Position numbers and translations under genes: made by a program. Positions 61,577-64,000 of a stretch of DNA of 64,000 bases are shown here, in pieces. Source of the DNA: Macrostomum lignano. Taxonomy: Eukaryota. The notes beneath the pieces are model-generated. The model was not told the origin of the DNA and did not search any database. It saw only the letters and a list, made by a program, of their open reading frames with translations. The DNA lies in contig NIVC01000326.1 of the NCBI GenBank assembly GCA_002269645.1, positions 124,001 through 188,000 on the forward strand, in the 5' to 3' direction. Positions within the stretch are counted from its first letter, which is position 1; each line of letters starts with the position of its first letter.

Positions 61577-61866
61577 TGTGCAATAAATCAGCTATGCTGC
61601 TTGTTTAAAGTGGTAGAAGAATACGAGAGAGCTATTAAAGCTCTGGTGTCTGTATTTATATTGTAAAGCGATGCTACGTGAGCGAGAGCGATGACATAAT
61701 TTAGGCCTACACAAATTGCCCATAACTCAATCAATTAACAATAACTCAAACCTAACAAACTTGCTTAGATAATAATAGAGAAAATAATAATGAGAAAGTA
61801 CAAATACAAATCAATACACTCACACTGAATGCATGCACATACGCTCGTATTAGTAGCTACACGACA
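61577..61866 (-). mobile_element. Probable 3' LTR of the adjacent Gypsy element
   Basis: On the minus strand, polypurine tract GGGAAGGAAG (61876-61867) is immediately followed by TGTCGTG.., the segment ends ..TGCACA, and there is an internal TATAAATA. Confidence 0.55.
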
Positions 61867-61952
61867 CTTCCTTCCCAAAGGGAGTTCAAAACGCGAAAAA
61901 ACATGGTGATTAAAGATTTGCTTTTGAGTCAAGTCGGTGTCACAAGGTTCAA

Positions 61953-63447
61953 TCACTTCCCGCCTGAAACCTGTCAGGCGCGAACCGCATGCGTTCTGGA
62001 TATCAGCGCATCGCTCCGGCTTGCTGTCCGGCGACTTCCGTGAGCGGAGCAGGTCCAGCGAGAGCTGTCGGGGCCGCTGCTGAAGTCTCCGAAGTTGAGC
62101 TGTCCGGGCCCACCTCAGAGAGCGGTGTCGGTTCGGAGATTGACGGTGGTACTCGGTCGGGTGCCGCGACAGCCGGTACTGCTAGAGGTTGCTGACGCTG
62201 CTCTGGCAGGAGTTGATCGATGTGGCGCTGGACGATGCCCTCGACGACCTTAACGTCGTAGTTGCGCTTGCCCGCCGCCATGACGAGGCCGGGCCGCCAG
62301 CCGGCATCCTTGCCAAAGGTCTTCACTCGCACGGTGTCACCAACTTCGAATGACCGGGCTTGGTCCGGGCTCGCACTCTGACAGTGTCGCATCTGTTCAG
62401 CCAGAGACAGTCGCAGGAGGTCCAGCCGGGATCGCAGGCGACGTCCGAATAGCAGTTCGCTTGGTGAGGCACCGGTGCTCGAATGCGGCGTGATCCGGTA
62501 GGCAAACAGGAAGCGCTGCATGGCTTCCGCAGAGTGACCCGACTTCCTGATGTGGGATTTCAGCGTCTGCACGAATCTCTCGGCCTGCCTGTTGGTGGCT
62601 GGGTGGTAGGGCGCTGAAGTCACGTGCCGGATCCCATTGCTACGCATGAAGTCAGTGAACTCACGAGAGGCAAACTGGGGGCCGTTGTCGGAGACGAGAA
62701 TCCTTGGCAGGCCCAAGTGGCAGAATACGTCACGGAGATGCCCGATGGTCCCGCCAGCAGACGTGTCGCTGACGAGGCGAACTTCGGGCCATTTTCTGTA
62801 GGCGTCGACAATGACGATGTACATTCGACCGTTGACGGGGCCAGCGAAGTCGACATGTAGGCGGCTCCATGGTTCGTTGGGGAACAGCCAGGGATGCACT
62901 GGAGCCTTTGCTGGGTCTGCCTGATGAGCTTTGCAGGTGTCGCACTCTCTCCCGAGCTGCTCCAGTTCCTTGTCTAGCCCAGGCCACCAGACGAATCTCC
63001 GTGCGAGAGCCTTCATTCGGCTCGCACCGGGATGTGCCAGATGCAGCTCCCGCAGCACCGACTGGCGCAGGGTGTTCGGGATAACGACGCGAGATCCCAT
63101 CAGCACACAACCGGCTTCGACTGAAAGCTCTGTTCGACGATGGGCGAAGTCCGGAAAGTCCTCAGCTGGCAGCTCCTGTCCCGACCGCAGGGCCCACAGC
63201 AGCTTCGACAGTGCCGTGTCGGCTTGAGTTGCCTTGGCAATGGCAGCAGCAGTAACTGCGACGCTCAAATCGTCCTCTAGAGTGAGTGAGTGCACCACGG
63301 CTTCCTCGACGAAGTTGCCCTTGAGCGGCAGGCAGGAGAGGGAATCGCAGTTTCCGTGCTTCTCGGTCGGCCGGAACTCCATGGAGTACTGGTAGCCCGA
63401 TAGTCGGATGACCCACCTCTGCATCCTAGCAGCAGCGCGCGTCGACA
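61953..63447 (-). mobile_element. Ty3/Gypsy (Mag/K02A2.6-like) pol fragment: RNase H end plus integrase
   Basis: RWVIRLSGYQY, HGNCDSLS, LHLAHPG..WWPG..CDTC (H2C2), RLHVDFAGP, VSDNGPQF, PYHPATNRQAERFVQTLK and AYRITPHSSTGASPSELLFGR. The C-terminal R*YPERMRFAPDRF motif carries a premature TGA. 5' truncated. Confidence 0.95.
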
Positions 63448-64000
63448 GGGTGGGTGAGCTGGGATGGGTGAACTGGGGTGGGTGAATTGGGGTGGGTGAT
63501 CTAAGGTGGGTGAACTGAGGTGGGTGTTGGGAGGTTGAACTGTGGTGGGTGCACATCCAAATATACTAAATTTAGTAAGGCGTAAATAATGGCTGTAGCG
63601 GATTATCGGCATGATTAATCGCCTGTCCTGCAGCCATCCCGATCTCCTTTGGATCTATCAAAATGTGGCTTTGTTGTGCATTCGTGACGGTATTTGTATT
63701 GAAGCTTATCACATGCCGGGTGGGTCGTATGCAAATTTGTAGTGACGCTGCGTCTCGTATGCTCGGTTCTCGTGCTGAATTGCGTAGTTTTTGCTTTCGT
63801 TCTTCCGGCCATATCTGCCTTTGCCTGACAATTTTGCCTATAACAATACTATCTAGACCACGCTTGCCGGCGACAAACTCTGAACAAGGCTGTTACGCCA
63901 GCAAGGCTACTGCGGTCGGGGTCGATGGCTGCTATAGACTTTGCTTTTAAATAAATACTTCGAAGTTTTGGTGATCGCTTGTTCTACTCTTTGCGTCCAA

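Overview
Intron-rich animal genomic DNA. A different minisatellite in nearly every intron is reminiscent of the flatworm Macrostomum lignano (inference only). On the + strand, splice-phase-consistent models can be built by hand for five genes: a C2H2 zinc-finger protein (1384-4896), two secreted single-WSC-domain proteins (8782-9944, 12395-13271), an NAD-dependent glycerol-3-phosphate dehydrogenase (14156-17894) and a 3-Ig, GPI-anchored IgLON/DIP/lachesin-like adhesion gene (23786-42947). The dehydrogenase carries an extra 87-nt exon that repeats its active-site helix. There is one tRNA-Met (7647-7719, -). A near-identical ~10 kb tandem duplication (35337-45358 / 45379-56126) copies the 3' six exons of the Ig gene. 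Mobile DNA comprises two Ty3/Gypsy pol remnants, an RT-RNase H LINE remnant, a TTAA-flanked foldback element, a hAT-type MITE with an 8-bp TSD, and short non-LTR/SINE-like pieces. Most long ORFs in the supplied track are satellite artefacts. The most interesting observations are the duplicated catalytic segment in GPDH, an inverted minisatellite pair bracketing Ig exon 2, and the structure of the duplication junctions. I found nothing I can call a clearly new biological system.
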